A DNA stretch of 64,000 nt, from contig OX597830.1 of NCBI GenBank assembly GCA_951406725.2, positions 36,332,001-36,396,000 on the forward strand. The letters run 5' to 3'. Positions 1 to 23,457 of the stretch are shown in pieces; position 1 is the first letter of the stretch, and every line of letters starts with the position of its first letter. Made by a program: the position numbers and the translations under genes. The DNA comes from Octopus vulgaris. Taxonomy: Eukaryota. A model generated the notes under the pieces. The model was not told the origin of the DNA. It saw nothing but the letters and a program-made list of their open reading frames with translations, and made no database searches.

Positions 1-2709
1 CAAAGCGGGAAGATACACCACTCCCGAAACAAAAACATCCACAGAAAACACACACATCAACACAAACACACCATCATCAAACCCCCCAAAAATGTTGACA
101 GCCATAAACACAAACAACCACGACCTAATGGAACACATTAGGTCAAACACTAACATTACTGAAAACGACATAAAAACAAGTAACCACCCACACACAACAC
201 CACCACAACACATTAAAATAATACACGTGACACAGAACACATACAGCACCCTGAAATCTCTTTACCCTGATGCAGTAGGGAGATTTCAAAAGTACTCATC
301 GAAAAAACTGTATAAAAGCCTCATAGAAGAAGACCGTGAGGTGAAAGACAAAGAACTTTCGAAAACAAGTAACCTTTTCTCTCTCCTTTTCCTTTTTTGC
401 ACTTTTATCGGAACATGCTCAGAATAGGTAGTATAAATGTACGTGGCTTGGGGTCGCCTTGGAAACAAGGCTACCTGTTAAATGACATCAAGTCACTAAA
501 TCTGAATATCATAGCCATCAGTGAGACCAGACTCCACAGCTTGCGGGCACTCCAGCACATTTTCGGTACACATTTCAACATTTATTTTTCTCCGTGTCTA
601 CCGAGAATGGGCGGAGGTGGCACTGCGGTGCTTATCCGGAAGAGTCTGGATCTCAAAGTAAGAGCAAATTTCCTAGACCCGGAGGGTAGGCTGGTCGTTT
701 TGGATGTCGATGGCAGCAATGAGTGTGCTTTTCGACTGATAGCAGTTTATGCTCCGTCCTTAACGGGCCGACCAGATTTCTTTCGACGTCTAGAGTCTTT
801 CATGGGAACGTCTCGTCCTTTACTTTTAGTGGGGGATTGGAATGCCACCCTGGACACGCATCTAGACTACGTGGGCAGAGATAGCAATAGAAGGGGATGC
901 AAATGCCTCAAAGACCTGCTCAGACGTTTCCAACTGTCTGACAGGTACCGACTGGACCACCCGAATGTGCCAATGTGGACATGGAGTAACCGCATCGGGT
1001 CGTCCAGATCATACTTAGATAGAGTATTCTGTAGGACAATAGATAAAAATAGTGTAGGTTGTCCACAATTTCATATAGTCAGTTACACAGATCACAAGTT
1101 TGTGACTTGTACACTTGACTTAGATAAGACACATAGGCAGGGTCCTGGCTACTGGAAACTGAACGCGTCTTTTACAGCACGACAGGTTTACAGGGACCGG
1201 ATCAGCACATTAGTTAAGAGAGCTTTTGACGGGTACCATCATCAACAACAGATGGTGGTATTCCCTAAAAAAGCGATTAAAGCAGAATCAGTCAGATACA
1301 GTAGAGCCCTAGCATTAGACCGAAATAGAGTAGAGGGAGAATTTAGTTAAGGTTTTAGAAGAGGCACTTAGAACTGGCATCGCGTCCAACGTACTGGCGG
1401 CGAGATTGGCCCTCGACCAACACCTCAACGCCAAACACGAGGATGCGTTGTCAGAGCTAGGATGCGTGCTCTGAGGAACGAAGGAGTTGGAGCCGCCCAA
1501 GAGGCCCGAGTGGTGGAGACGCAACGAGGCAACAGAGCCACCATCAAGTCTCTTATAGATGAACAGGGGCGCGAATTACTCGAGCCTAAAAGGATGTGTG
1601 GGGTTTTTCAACAACACTTCACCCAACTGTTTGGGACAAGTGGTGAGTCAGAAAGCAGAGTGGACTTTAGTGCCTACCTGCATGCCTTGCCACGACTCTC
1701 AGCAAGGGAGGTGGAGTCTTGTGAAAAGCCTATCACAGCTGCGGACGTACAGGATGCGATGGTAGGCTGCGCGAGAGACAAGTCACCAGGCTTGGATGGT
1801 CTGCCCTACGAATTTTATTTTCATATGCCAGACTTGTTTGGAGGCGTCTTGGCAGCTGTCTACTGCAACTGGCAGCAGAACGGGAGTATTCCTGCTTTTG
1901 TAAAGCGAGGAGCAGTGGCACTGATCAAGAAAGACCCAAACAAGGGGGACGTCATAGATAATTTCAGGCCCATCACTCTGCTCAACGCAGATTTGAAAAT
2001 TTTGGCCAAGGTGTTAGCCGAGAGGTTGGCGCTTGTCATCAAGAAACTAATCGACAAGGCGCAAACATGCGCCGTGCCGGGTAGAAGTATTCATGACAAC
2101 CTCCATCTGATGCGCTACATCATAGACAGGGTAGTTAAAAATCCTGGCATGGGTGGGGCGCTGATCAATTTGGATCAATCAAAAGCCTTCGATAGGGTAG
2201 ACCATCACTACTTGGAGGCTGTCCTCAAAGCGGCTGGTTTCGGTCCAGTTTTCCGCAGTTGGATCGCTGCCTTATACAGCGGCATCCGCTCAGTAGTTCG
2301 CGTAAATGGTCATCTATCCAGACCTTTTAACATCATGCGTTCGGTTCGTCAAGGATGCCCCCTCTCATCGCTGCTGTATGTACTGACTCTTGAGCCACTA
2401 CTGCGGAAACTGGCGACGCTGAGGGGCATCCCACGAGAGCTGGGATGCGGGAGGAGCGTGTCTGCATACGCGGATGACGTCACCGTCATAGTGTCGAGCT
2501 ACGAGCACATCGAGCTGGTCGGCGAGACACTGAAAGAATACGAAGCGGTAACGGGAGCAAAAATTAACCGGGAAAAGTCAGTGGGCTTGCGGCTCGGCAC
2601 CTGGAGAAGCAAGCCCATGCCGTCCAACAGCGTCTCCATCGTGGGACGCTGGACGGACGGACCGGTTAAATTGCTCGGGGTCTGGTTCGGTCCGGACCTC
2701 CAAATGGAG
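1..2709 (+). mobile_element. Tx1/L1-clade non-LTR retrotransposon: 3' part of ORF1 plus frameshifted ORF2, truncated by an assembly gap
   Basis: ORF2 starts at ATG 415 (MLRIGSINVRGL) with APE endonuclease motifs (IAISETRL, LVGDWNA, SYLDRV, YTDH, GYWKLNAS) followed by RT motifs (KSPGLDGLPYEFY, FRPITLLNADLKI, LDQSKAFDRV, VRQGCPLS, AYADDV). An A/C-rich ORF1-like frame runs 92-427. Confidence 0.92.
415..2709 (+). pseudogene. LINE ORF2 (APE endonuclease + reverse transcriptase), split by frameshifts around 1225-1460
   Basis: Endonuclease in ORF 397..1350, RT in ORF 1462..2709; the linker changes frame. Confidence 0.88.
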
Positions 2710-2809
2710 NNNNNNNNNNNNNNNNNNNNNNNNNNNNNNNNNNNNNNNNNNNNNNNNNNNNNNNNNNNNNNNNNNNNNNNNNNNNNNNNNNNNNNNNNNN
2801 NNNNNNNNN

Positions 2810-11917
<9,108 letters not shown>

Positions 11918-11963
<46 letters not shown>

Positions 11964-12032
11964 TATGTATATAGATATATAGATATATATATATATATAT
12001 ATAGATATATATATATATATATATAGATATAG

Positions 12033-12081
<49 letters not shown>

Positions 12082-12082
12082 A
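11918..12082. repeat. (TA)n/(TATAGA)n microsatellite between two LINE copies
   Basis: Read directly. Confidence 0.9.
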
Positions 12083-12407
12083 TCCTTAAATCCTTAAAAA
12101 TGTTTTAGCCCGAAGGCCGCGGCCATGCTGGGGCACCACCGCTGAATGAGCTACACTAGTTTGTGAATCCACCTCTGATACGTGGCACTTGATCAACAAG
12201 GGAGTTCGATGCTGCTTCCCGCATCCGTGTCTCCTGTCGTGAGGTAGGTTCATCTGGGACTCCCAACAAGAAGAGATCCAGTTTAGTTTTAAAGAAACCC
12301 ACATCCACACCATGTAAGTCTCTCAGGCATTTAGGGAGAATGTTAAAGAGCTTTGGTCCTCTGAAACCCAAGCTGTTGCAGTATCTGGACCTGTATTTTG
12401 ATGGTGA
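12083..12407 (-). mobile_element. CR1-group LINE 3' end (copy 3), cut by a gap
   Basis: Minus-strand SRYCNSLGFRGPKLFNILPKCLRDLHGVDV...DEPTSRQ is homologous to copies 1 and 2; tail motif GGTGCCCCAGCATGGCC then (TTTAAGGA)2. Confidence 0.85.
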
Positions 12408-12514
12408 TNNNNNNNNNNNNNNNNNNNNNNNNNNNNNNNNNNNNNNNNNNNNNNNNNNNNNNNNNNNNNNNNNNNNNNNNNNNNNNNNNNNNNNNNNNNN
12501 NNNNNNNNGAGGAT

Positions 12515-14121
<1,607 letters not shown>

Positions 14122-15332
14122 NNNNNNNNNNNNNNNNNNNNNNNNNNNNNNNNNNNNNNNNNNNNNNNNNNNNNNNNNNNNNNNNNNNNNNNNNNNNNNN
14201 NNNNNNNNNNNNNNNNNNNNNTGACAAAGTGCAAACGTATTGAGAGAAAGTTGGGCATAAGATGAAGCAAATGCAGCATGCAATTTCATGCCTTGCACCT
14301 AGAGTAGAAACGAACATTAGCCATATGGATTCTGTGAATCTAGTTGAATTACAAAGTATCTATGAAACTGCCAAGTTTGATTCTTATCCTAAATGGCTGA
14401 GCCCTCATTGGATATAATTTTACAGAAACGCTAAATATACATGGATATGATTTGATATATTTATTTAATAACCTATTTTATATTGGTACAGTTGTAAATG
14501 TACATGTGTGAGGGAGTGTGTGAATAGATCTATTTTTTAAGGTTTGATTCCTTATCTTTGTCACTTGCCTCTGTCACATAGCGTTTTCTCCACCTTTTCT
14601 GCCACTCTTAGGAATTTTCATCACATTTCTACTTGTCTTTCTTTGAGAAATTACCTCTTTCTAAATTCTTACCTGTTATTCTTTGCTTACCTCTCACCCT
14701 TCATCTCTGACTGAATCAATTTCTCTTGGTATAACTTTTCAAATGCCATATAATTCCTTAAATTTTAGTTCTTTTTACATTTCCTTTATTCCATTTCATA
14801 CAAAAACAATTTTTCTTTTATTTTTTGCCGATTTTGCAGATCACTTGATATATTTTGGCGAAAAATTGTAAGTCTTTTTAAATTCCTATATTTTATTTTC
14901 GCTTCGATCTGTTTGCATGAATTGTGATGACTACTTTGTTGAGAATTTCATCAATGAATTTATATAAAACGAATGTTGTATATCTTGTTTATGAATATTT
15001 TTATATATTTTCACACATTGGTACAAGTTATTATTTTTTTATTCTGATACACCAAACTATTATTCTTCAGACTAGAAGAGCCATCTATTATTTTTCCAAT
15101 TAGTAGAACTGTCTTATTGATAGATCTACATATATGTGTTATATATTTTATATATTTACAGTAGGCTTCTATTTATTATAATATTATGGCCAGTGTAGTA
15201 GTTTTCCTTTTAGTATGGTTGGATACTGCTTTTAGTATTTGCAGCTACTATATCACATATTAGTAGAGCCATAAATATATATGTTTATATATATATATAT
15301 ATATATATGTATTATCATTATTATAATTAGTA

Positions 15333-15388
<56 letters not shown>

Positions 15389-15656
15389 TCTATTTTTGAG
15401 ATCAGTTATTTTATGTCACTTTGAAAAGTATATCTATCAAACAAGTGACTAGTGTCGCCATCTCTAGCCGAACAGTTATTCTATGTTGATGAAGGGAAAT
15501 AAACCTGAAAGCATTGATACACAGATATTGCTTTGAGCTGAGTGAGGACATTAAGCTCCCTTATTTGAAAGGGAATAGTGCGTCGTTAGCCAGCTGGAGA
15601 CCATGTTTCCTGTGGCTAAATAACAGTAACATTGGTCCAAATCAGGATTGTCACAT

Positions 15657-15914
15657 TATCATCATCATCATCATCATCATCATCCTCATTTAACGTCCGC
15701 TTTCCATGCTAGCATGGGTTGGACGGTTCAACTGGAGTCTGGGGAGCCCGAAGGCTGCACCAGGCCAGTCAGATCTGGCAGTGTTTCTACAGCTGGATGC
15801 CCTTCCTAACGCCAACCACTCCGAGAGTGTAGTGGGTGATTTTATGTGCCACCGACACAGGTGCCAGACGAGGCTGGCGAACGGCCACGCTCGGATGGTG
15901 TTTTTTATGTGCCA
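15657..15914 (-). mobile_element. Interspersed repeat, probably a retroposon 3' end with (GAT)n tail
   Basis: (ATC)n run directly followed by GC-rich TTTAACGTCCGCTTTCCATGCTAGCATGGG...GGATGCCCTTCCTAACGCCAACC; cut by a gap. Confidence 0.5.
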
Positions 15915-16860
15915 NNNNNNNNNNNNNNNNNNNNNNNNNNNNNNNNNNNNNNNNNNNNNNNNNNNNNNNNNNNNNNNNNNNNNNNNNNNNNNNNNNNNNN
16001 NNNNNNNNNNNNNNGACGGAGGGACGGAGAAAGGAGGGAGTGAAGGGTAGAGGAGAATTTTATAGCAGTAAAGAGAGGATAAGAGAGGGGAAGAGTGGGG
16101 GTGGGGTAATATAAACAACAGGAGAAAAAAAAACAACGGAAATAAATCTAAAATATAAGAAAAAGTTACAGGTGAAAGTTGTAGAGAACGAGGAAGGGGA
16201 ACCGGGAAAAGAAAGGAGACCATTTTTTTTTTCGGTCGCTGGCATTTTGGGGGACTTTTTCATTTGTTTTTTTTTTTCATTTTGTATCGCTTTCTTTTCC
16301 TCTTTCTTTCTTTTGTTAGTTTTTTTTTATTTTTTACTTTATTCTTTTTCTCTAAATACTATCTGATAGCTGATTGAAGAAACCTTGTTAATGTTATTCA
16401 TCGTGTCATTAATGGACATCCATAATACAGACTATTGTTGACTATGGTGGCAAAAATGGACAACAATCGATGTGGCAGTAAACACTAGATTGAGTTTTGT
16501 GGTAGTGGTGGTACGTTTTTTTTTTTCCTCACATTTTTTGTGCCTTTTTTTTTACTCTTGTTTTCTTCCCTTCTTTTTCCTCAAAATCAATTATATATGT
16601 ACACCGACCATTCTAAGAGATTTCCTATCACTAGAAGCCACATGTTTCCAAACCAATATTATTTATATGTCAGCATATATCAGTGTGCATGTGTATGTTT
16701 GCATGTGAGTGCGCTTATATAAGTTTCTATGTATGTATGTATGTGTGAATACACACACACACATACGATAATTATATAGACACGCAGACTGTTTTATATT
16801 TATATAATATATCCCATACACAATTATATAAACATGTGTATATATATATGTATATATATG

Positions 16861-16936
<76 letters not shown>

Positions 16937-18038
16937 TCTGTGTATGTGTGTGTAAGTATGTATGTATTCATGCATTAATATATGAATGTGTGAATATATA
17001 TATACGAAGATGTATGTACGCATGTATGACGTATGCATGTACATATGCACGCATGCATGTCTGTGTGTATGTAAGCATGTATGAATATGTGTATGTGTAT
17101 ATGTATGCATGTATCCATGTATATATGTATGTATGCATGTACGTACGTACGTATGTATGTATGTATGCATGTATGTATGTATAAATGTATGTATACATGT
17201 ATGAATGTATGCATGTGTGAATGTATATATATATATAAATATACATATATATATTTGTGTGTGTATGTGTGTGCGTGTGTGTGTGTAGGTATGCATGCAT
17301 GTATGCATAAGTTGGAGGCGGTGGGCTGGTAGAATAATTAAACAATTGAACAAATATATCTAGTGATCGTTGTCACTTAAAATTTCACCATTGGTCAGTC
17401 TTCTTCTCTCTAAGGTCGATAAATAAAGTACGAGGCAAGTAACGCGATCCATATATTATACCTTGGACTAAATTCATTCATTTTCTGAAAATTTGTGTTA
17501 AATTGTATCGACTTGTTCGACTTAAAGCAAATAACAGCATTGTTATGCCCAAGATAAGCTTTCATTTACTATGTAAGCCCGTTGCATCAGATATCAAGGA
17601 TGGGTCACATTATGCGTAAGAAAGAGTAACTAAACATGCCAGCTTTTCAATTTATATCGCATATCGAAAGACTATTAATAATGATGGCATATATAAAAAA
17701 TATATATGGAATGTTGCAACCATATATTAACAGAGTGAACAACCAGCAAATGTAATCTAACAGCTATTTGCTGACAATGTAGTATATGTTATCCTTTGTC
17801 CATGCGTTCAACAACTAGCCACGATGTCTTTTCTCCCTTCACTTTGAAGAGAGATTATAGGCCACCTCGGCCATTGAGTTCTGAAGAGACGCTGGTGAGC
17901 TAAGCGCTGTAAAGCATAACACTTTATGGACGTGAAACCCAGGGTAACCCCATAGACAGGCCATAACTATCTTTATCTAATTATTCTACTGCTCTATAAC
18001 TTAGAATGTGTTTCTCTTACGGATTTATAATTTACAAA

Positions 18039-18072
<34 letters not shown>

Positions 18073-18398
18073 CAACTATGATGTTGCTGGTAAAACATGT
18101 TCTTTGTCTATCTCCTTATCCTCTTGGAGATTTTAGGTAAAATTAAGCTAATGTGTCCATCTGTTTTAATTTAATTAAATTCTATGTCTTTGTGCAGCTG
18201 AAGATTGCTCTACATTTTAAAATTGATGTAATGATTGCATTGTTCAATTAAATGGAGTCGCATGAAATGATCATACTTCATTACCTCTGGATATCCTTGT
18301 TACTTTTTTTATCTTAATCACCTTACTTTTAAATTGTATGGATAACACCGTACTAAATTCTGGTGCCTCAACTTAAGAACCATATTCATCTGAATCTA

Positions 18399-18454
<56 letters not shown>

Positions 18455-18540
18455 GAAATTTACAGAAAAACAAAAGACAAAGACAGGTGTGTGAACAACA
18501 AACAGGTGTATTGTTTGACGCTCGGGGAAGTGAGAGTATA

Positions 18541-18607
<67 letters not shown>

Positions 18608-19096
18608 GTATGTATGGAAAATAAAACAAGGTAGAAAATGCTAAAATAATTTTATCATAAAGAACATTTTAGTACCGGTTTCCATCTTTGCAACATTTTC
18701 AACTTTGCGTAAAGCATGAAAAACAATTAAATCATGAAAAAATTGAATGAAATCGTTTTTAAAAATATTTCCAAAGTTTTCACATGCAAGGGACATTTTC
18801 CTTTTTTCTGTTTGTCTCTGTCTCTCTTTTTTTACTCATGTGATTTCTAGGTGGCGGACAGCGGGTAGTAGTAGTCCTAATATTTGATATGAATTCTTGT
18901 TTTTTTGATTGTTTAAGCAGCAGTAGCAGTTGAGAAAGGAGGCCGCGGCGAAGAAGAAGAAGAAGAAGAATGCGAGTGTGGTATGACAGTAGTAGGATGC
19001 TGGTAGAATCCTCTTAAATGATCGAGTGACCTAAAAGTGAACAGTTGTGGTTGTAATAGTAGTGATTGAATTTGTTCTGAATACATATATATATAA

Positions 19097-19190
<94 letters not shown>

Positions 19191-19206
19191 TTGTATGTAT
19201 GTATTT

Positions 19207-19277
<71 letters not shown>

Positions 19278-19279
19278 AT

Positions 19280-19570
19280 GTGATCGTGTGAACGACCAGA
19301 TTATCGGATGTTGTTATACATAGCTGGTCACAAATGCGCTTTGTATCATTTTAGCTTTCGAATGACTCCACCCCGCTGGCCATGCGGAGCACTTTTCAGA
19401 TCGGATCGGAAGGTTAGTCTGTCGCAGGGTGACCCGTTTAGAGGTGAGTAGACTGGAGCAACGTGAACTGAAGTATCTTTCTCAAAAAACCAAAACGCAC
19501 CACCCGGTCTAGGAAATGAAATCATGATCGCGAGTGTAACACCCTGACCACTAAGCCATGCGCCCTCCCA
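19280..19570 (-). mobile_element. tRNA-derived SINE
   Basis: Minus-strand head GGAGGGCGCATGGCTTAGTGGTCAGGGTG (A box); homologous to the heads at 26700, 55220 and 57930. Confidence 0.75.
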
Positions 19571-19590
19571 TATACGTATATATATATACG

Positions 19591-19769
19591 TAGGCGTAGG
19601 AGTGGCTCTGTGGTAAGTAGCTTGCTTACGAACCACATGGTTCCGGGTTCAGTCCCACTGCGTAGCACCTTGGGCAAGTGTCTTCTACTATAGCCTCGGG
19701 CCGACCAAAGCCTTGTGAGTGGATTTGGTAGACGGAAACTGAAAGAAGACCGTCATATATATGTATGTG

Positions 19770-19809
<40 letters not shown>
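19591..19809 (+). mobile_element. tRNA-derived SINE (CR1-tail family), 5' half
   Basis: GGAGTGGCTCTGTGGTAAG...GGTTCAGTCCC...GGAAACTGAAAGAAG matches the full copy at 55675; interrupted at its internal microsatellite. Confidence 0.8.
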
Positions 19810-19814
<5 letters not shown>

Positions 19815-20736
19815 GAAATACGACCGTACGTGGAGGTTGGCGACGTAGGTAAGTCACACGGTCGCATCCTTAACGAAATAAGATAAGCCATAAATACAAT
19901 TTATACAATGCAGTGCCAACAGAATATAGATGAATTGATGACAAGCCGTTCCACTGTTTGAGAGAAGATAAGATTTTATTTACAATGGTGTTAAGGTTAG
20001 AAGGTTGTGAGTGCTAGCAAGTGTTGTGTATGTGTGCACGCAACACGTGTTTGTGTCTGTGTGTTCGTGTGTGTGACAGATACAATAAGGGTGAATGCGT
20101 GTGACACAGAAAGTACAGAACATAGAGTTAATGATGGAAATTGGTTTACAGTTCATAAGGTACACGATATGTAAGAGTTCCATATCAAGATGTGTCTCGG
20201 GCGGAGACCGTTGGGCGAATTATTGTCTAGCCGCGGTCGTGGTCTCAATCGCCGAGCTGGTTCTCTTAATATAGAATTCTTCAGATGGACCGTTTCTACT
20301 TGGTGAAGGGATTCACTCTAACAGCGTGGATCTGTGAAGTTGGTGTGTACAAGTCTGAAGTGGACGATGGTGATAGCGACGATGGTAGAGACGACTTGAC
20401 TGTGACTGGAACATGTTGTGACTGGAACATGTTGAGTAGCTCTGTGGTCAGAGGTTAGTCCTTAGAAGGACTACAACCAAAGACCCAAGTATACTGAGAA
20501 CACTCCCTTATATACAAGTAAGGTGGCTCAACAGAGCCTAGGAGAAGGGACCTTAACCAAAGGCCGTGCTTGGTTGGCTTTGGCCAGTGGCGCGAAATAA
20601 GTAGAGACAAATCGCGCCACATGTCAACCAATCAGGTCAGTGGTTACAACAGGAACAACTCGGCCAAAGATGGCTGTAATCTCAAACGAGATCATTCCTG
20701 CCGTGTCTCTCAAACAGTGAGGATATCAGAGACCGC

Positions 20737-20740
<4 letters not shown>
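19810..20740 (-). mobile_element. Solo LTR of an LTR retrotransposon (931 bp)
   Basis: Termini TGTAG...CTACA. On the minus strand a CCAAT box (~20630), TATATAA (20514-20508) and AATAAA (19980-19975) fall in U3-R-U5 order; no coding sequence. Confidence 0.7.
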
Positions 20741-20807
<67 letters not shown>

Positions 20808-21071
20808 TATTACTATTTGTTCGTTCCCGTCTGGGCAATGAAAGGTCTTTGTATATTTTTATTGGTCTGTAATTTCTGACGAAGAATCTAATTTTTATCT
20901 TATGAAGAGTTTTCGTTTTTGTCCTTGGAATTGATTGGACTCCGAAACAATTTGTAGAATGTATATCGGTTCTGTACCAACTTGGATTATGAATTAAAGA
21001 TCGCCTACACTTAAGATTTTTCCTTTCCTTATACTTCATATAATGTTTTTGCAAATACTGAATATATATTT

Positions 21072-21386
21072 ACAGAGATGTACTTGCATAGCGAGTGACT
21101 TGATCTGAGATTGTGTGCTAGAACGAAAACAATTGCAGCGTAGAAGGTGTTTATAAGCAATTTAAGAAACACACAAAACCGTTAGATTCACTTCAACATT
21201 TAAATTTAATTTGTCAAAATATTTTCGTCGCTTTGAGACCGCGACCTGCACGAATTTTGTCAGTGAACAGGTCGCGGTCTCAAAGCGACGAAAATATTTT
21301 GACAAATTGAATTTAAATGTTGAAGTGAATCTAACGGTTTTGTGTGTTTCTTAAATGGCTTATAAACGCCTTCCACGCTGCAATTG
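21072..21386. mobile_element. Asymmetric inverted-repeat element (Penelope-like non-autonomous) with 13-bp flanking duplication
   Basis: Arms 21130-21248 and 21268-21386; left arm extended by ~60 bp; TGAATATATATTT at 21059-21071 and 21385-21397. Confidence 0.7.
21256..21306 (+). ncRNA. Minimal type I hammerhead ribozyme, G3-C8 core variant
   Basis: Stem I TTTGTCA/TGACAAA; core GTGAACA; stem II GTCGC/GCGAC; GAAA; palindromic stem III AATATT; predicted UUU cleavage at 21299. Confidence 0.6.
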
Positions 21387-21486
21387 AATATATATTTTTT
21401 TATATATATCCTTGACTTGGACTGTAGCGACGCACTTGGATGTTTGACAACCCTTTGAAGGATTTTATAGATGTGTGTGTGTGTGT

Positions 21487-21532
<46 letters not shown>

Positions 21533-21688
21533 CGTGCATATATATATATATATATATATAAATATGTCTGTATGTGTGTACGTGTATGTATATATGAATG
21601 GATGAATGAATGGATGGATGGATATGAATTCATTCATATTCCAAGTTGTCATTGCCCCGAGAGACCCATAACTTTTTTCAGAGGGGTT

Positions 21689-21779
<91 letters not shown>

Positions 21780-22013
21780 GTTAATAGACTTTTTTTTAAT
21801 TTCTTCATTTTTAGCTTCTGGCAAAATATTGCACAACCCTTTACATTACAATACTAATTAAACAAAAAGTTAGTGATTAGAAGAATAACTTCTGTTAAGT
21901 AATTATGTTTTTTTTTGTTGGTTTTTTTGTGGGACTGGAAAAGATTTCTCTTTAATAAAACAACAACGTGAAATTATAAGAAAATATACGGCCGTCATCA
22001 TGCTGCTGAACAT

Positions 22014-22060
22014 CAGCCACTGAAGAAGCCTTAGCAGGGTGAAATCACATGATCTGGCTG
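22014..22060 (+). ncRNA. Type I hammerhead ribozyme
   Basis: CAGCCA-CTGAAGA-AGCCTTAGCAGGGT-GAAA-TCACATGA-TC-TGGCTG: perfect 6-bp stem I, intact core, stem III ATCA/TGAT, AUC cleavage at 22054. Confidence 0.8.
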
Positions 22061-22346
22061 TTCCACCGGCTGTAGTAGACGATTCTCATCAGCCAATGCT
22101 ATAAATATGAGTGCTTTTATGCACCACGAGGGCTTATGAAGTACATAACACAGTATTTTCTATTCTAACACAACCTTAACGTTAAGTAAGATTTCGAGAT
22201 TATCTTTTGATATTAATACTGATTCTGGTGCCATTGATTATTTTTTAATAATCTCACTGGCTGTTTGCAACACCAGTGCCTGAACGGAGACTGAGATTCA
22301 CTATATCGTTATCGAAAGATTCGGCTGTTATCCCACTGCTAGACAT

Positions 22347-22393
22347 CTGTCACTGAGGAACCCATAGCAGGGTGAAATCGCGTGACTTGTCAG
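22347..22393 (+). ncRNA. Type I hammerhead ribozyme, degenerate second copy
   Basis: CTGTCA-CTGAGGA-ACCC(ATAGCA)GGGT-GAAA-TCGCGTGA-CT-TGTCAG; U16.1 appears mutated. Confidence 0.65.
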
Positions 22394-22551
22394 TTCCGGT
22401 GGCTGTAGCAGATGATTGTCGTCTGCCAACGACATAATTAGGGGGGCTTTTATGAACCACGAGCCCTTATGAGAGATCCTCTCCAGGTAAATAACGCTGT
22501 ATTCTGTCTTCTCACACAACACCCACGTTAAGTTGGAGATCAGTGAGTTCG

Positions 22552-22599
<48 letters not shown>

Positions 22600-22738
22600 T
22601 GTGTGTGTGTGTGTGTGATATTTATTATTCTTAAACAAGAATATAATTGAGAGTTACTTCGATGTTCCGGCTAGTTAAGACATCGTCGGACTGCGATGCA
22701 TTGAAATATATATACATATTATTTATGTTATATAACAG

Positions 22739-22806
<68 letters not shown>

Positions 22807-22946
22807 TTAAAAAACATAAATATATATACATACATATACACTTATATATTCGTACATATTTTTACCTAACTTTTTTCAATCATTCTTTCTTTTTCCTTCT
22901 CTCTCCCACCCTCTCTGTCACCCTTCCCCTCTTAGTCTTTCTCTTT

Positions 22947-22987
<41 letters not shown>

Positions 22988-23406
22988 TTAGATTTCTCTT
23001 GTCATCGGAATCCAGCTTGTATTTTAAATGATTTACCCTATGTATTTTCTTTTGGGGGGGGTCTTCAATTTTCTCTTCTTCCCATACGAGATTCTTTTCG
23101 TTTATATTTCTTCATGGTGCGTCTTTTTTCCTTTTTGGGTAGTTATACTTTCATTTCTTTTTCCTTCAGCTAACATTCTTACATTTCCATTCAGTTAACA
23201 TTCTTTTATTTCCATTCATTCTTTAATTATTTACTTAAATATTGTAACTATTGTTGCTCTTTTGCAAGGTGGGATTTATGTTTGCCATTTTCTTTTTTTT
23301 TTTTTTTGGCATTTCTTGTTCTTTGGAATGGTTTCGGCAAACAGCAAATACATAGGGAAGTCATGCAACTGTTACAGAACATCTACTACCGATTCTAATA
23401 TACATA

Positions 23407-23457
<51 letters not shown>

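Larger units (their letters stand above)
21995..22540 (+). repeat. Diverged tandem duplication (period 333 bp), each unit carrying a hammerhead
   Basis: ~200 bp of 21995-22200 aligns with 22325-22540 (GGCTGTAG, GCTTTTATG.ACCACGAG..CTTATGA, ACACAAC...ACGTTAAGT). Confidence 0.75.

Noticed and set aside
14262-14433. Short ORF MKQMQHAISCLAPRV...QKR next to a gap
   Set aside because: Under 60 aa, with an in-frame stop upstream and no recognisable motif.
22650-22700. Minus-strand CCGACGA...GAAG hammerhead-like string
   Set aside because: Both core boxes are mutated and there is no convincing stem I or III.
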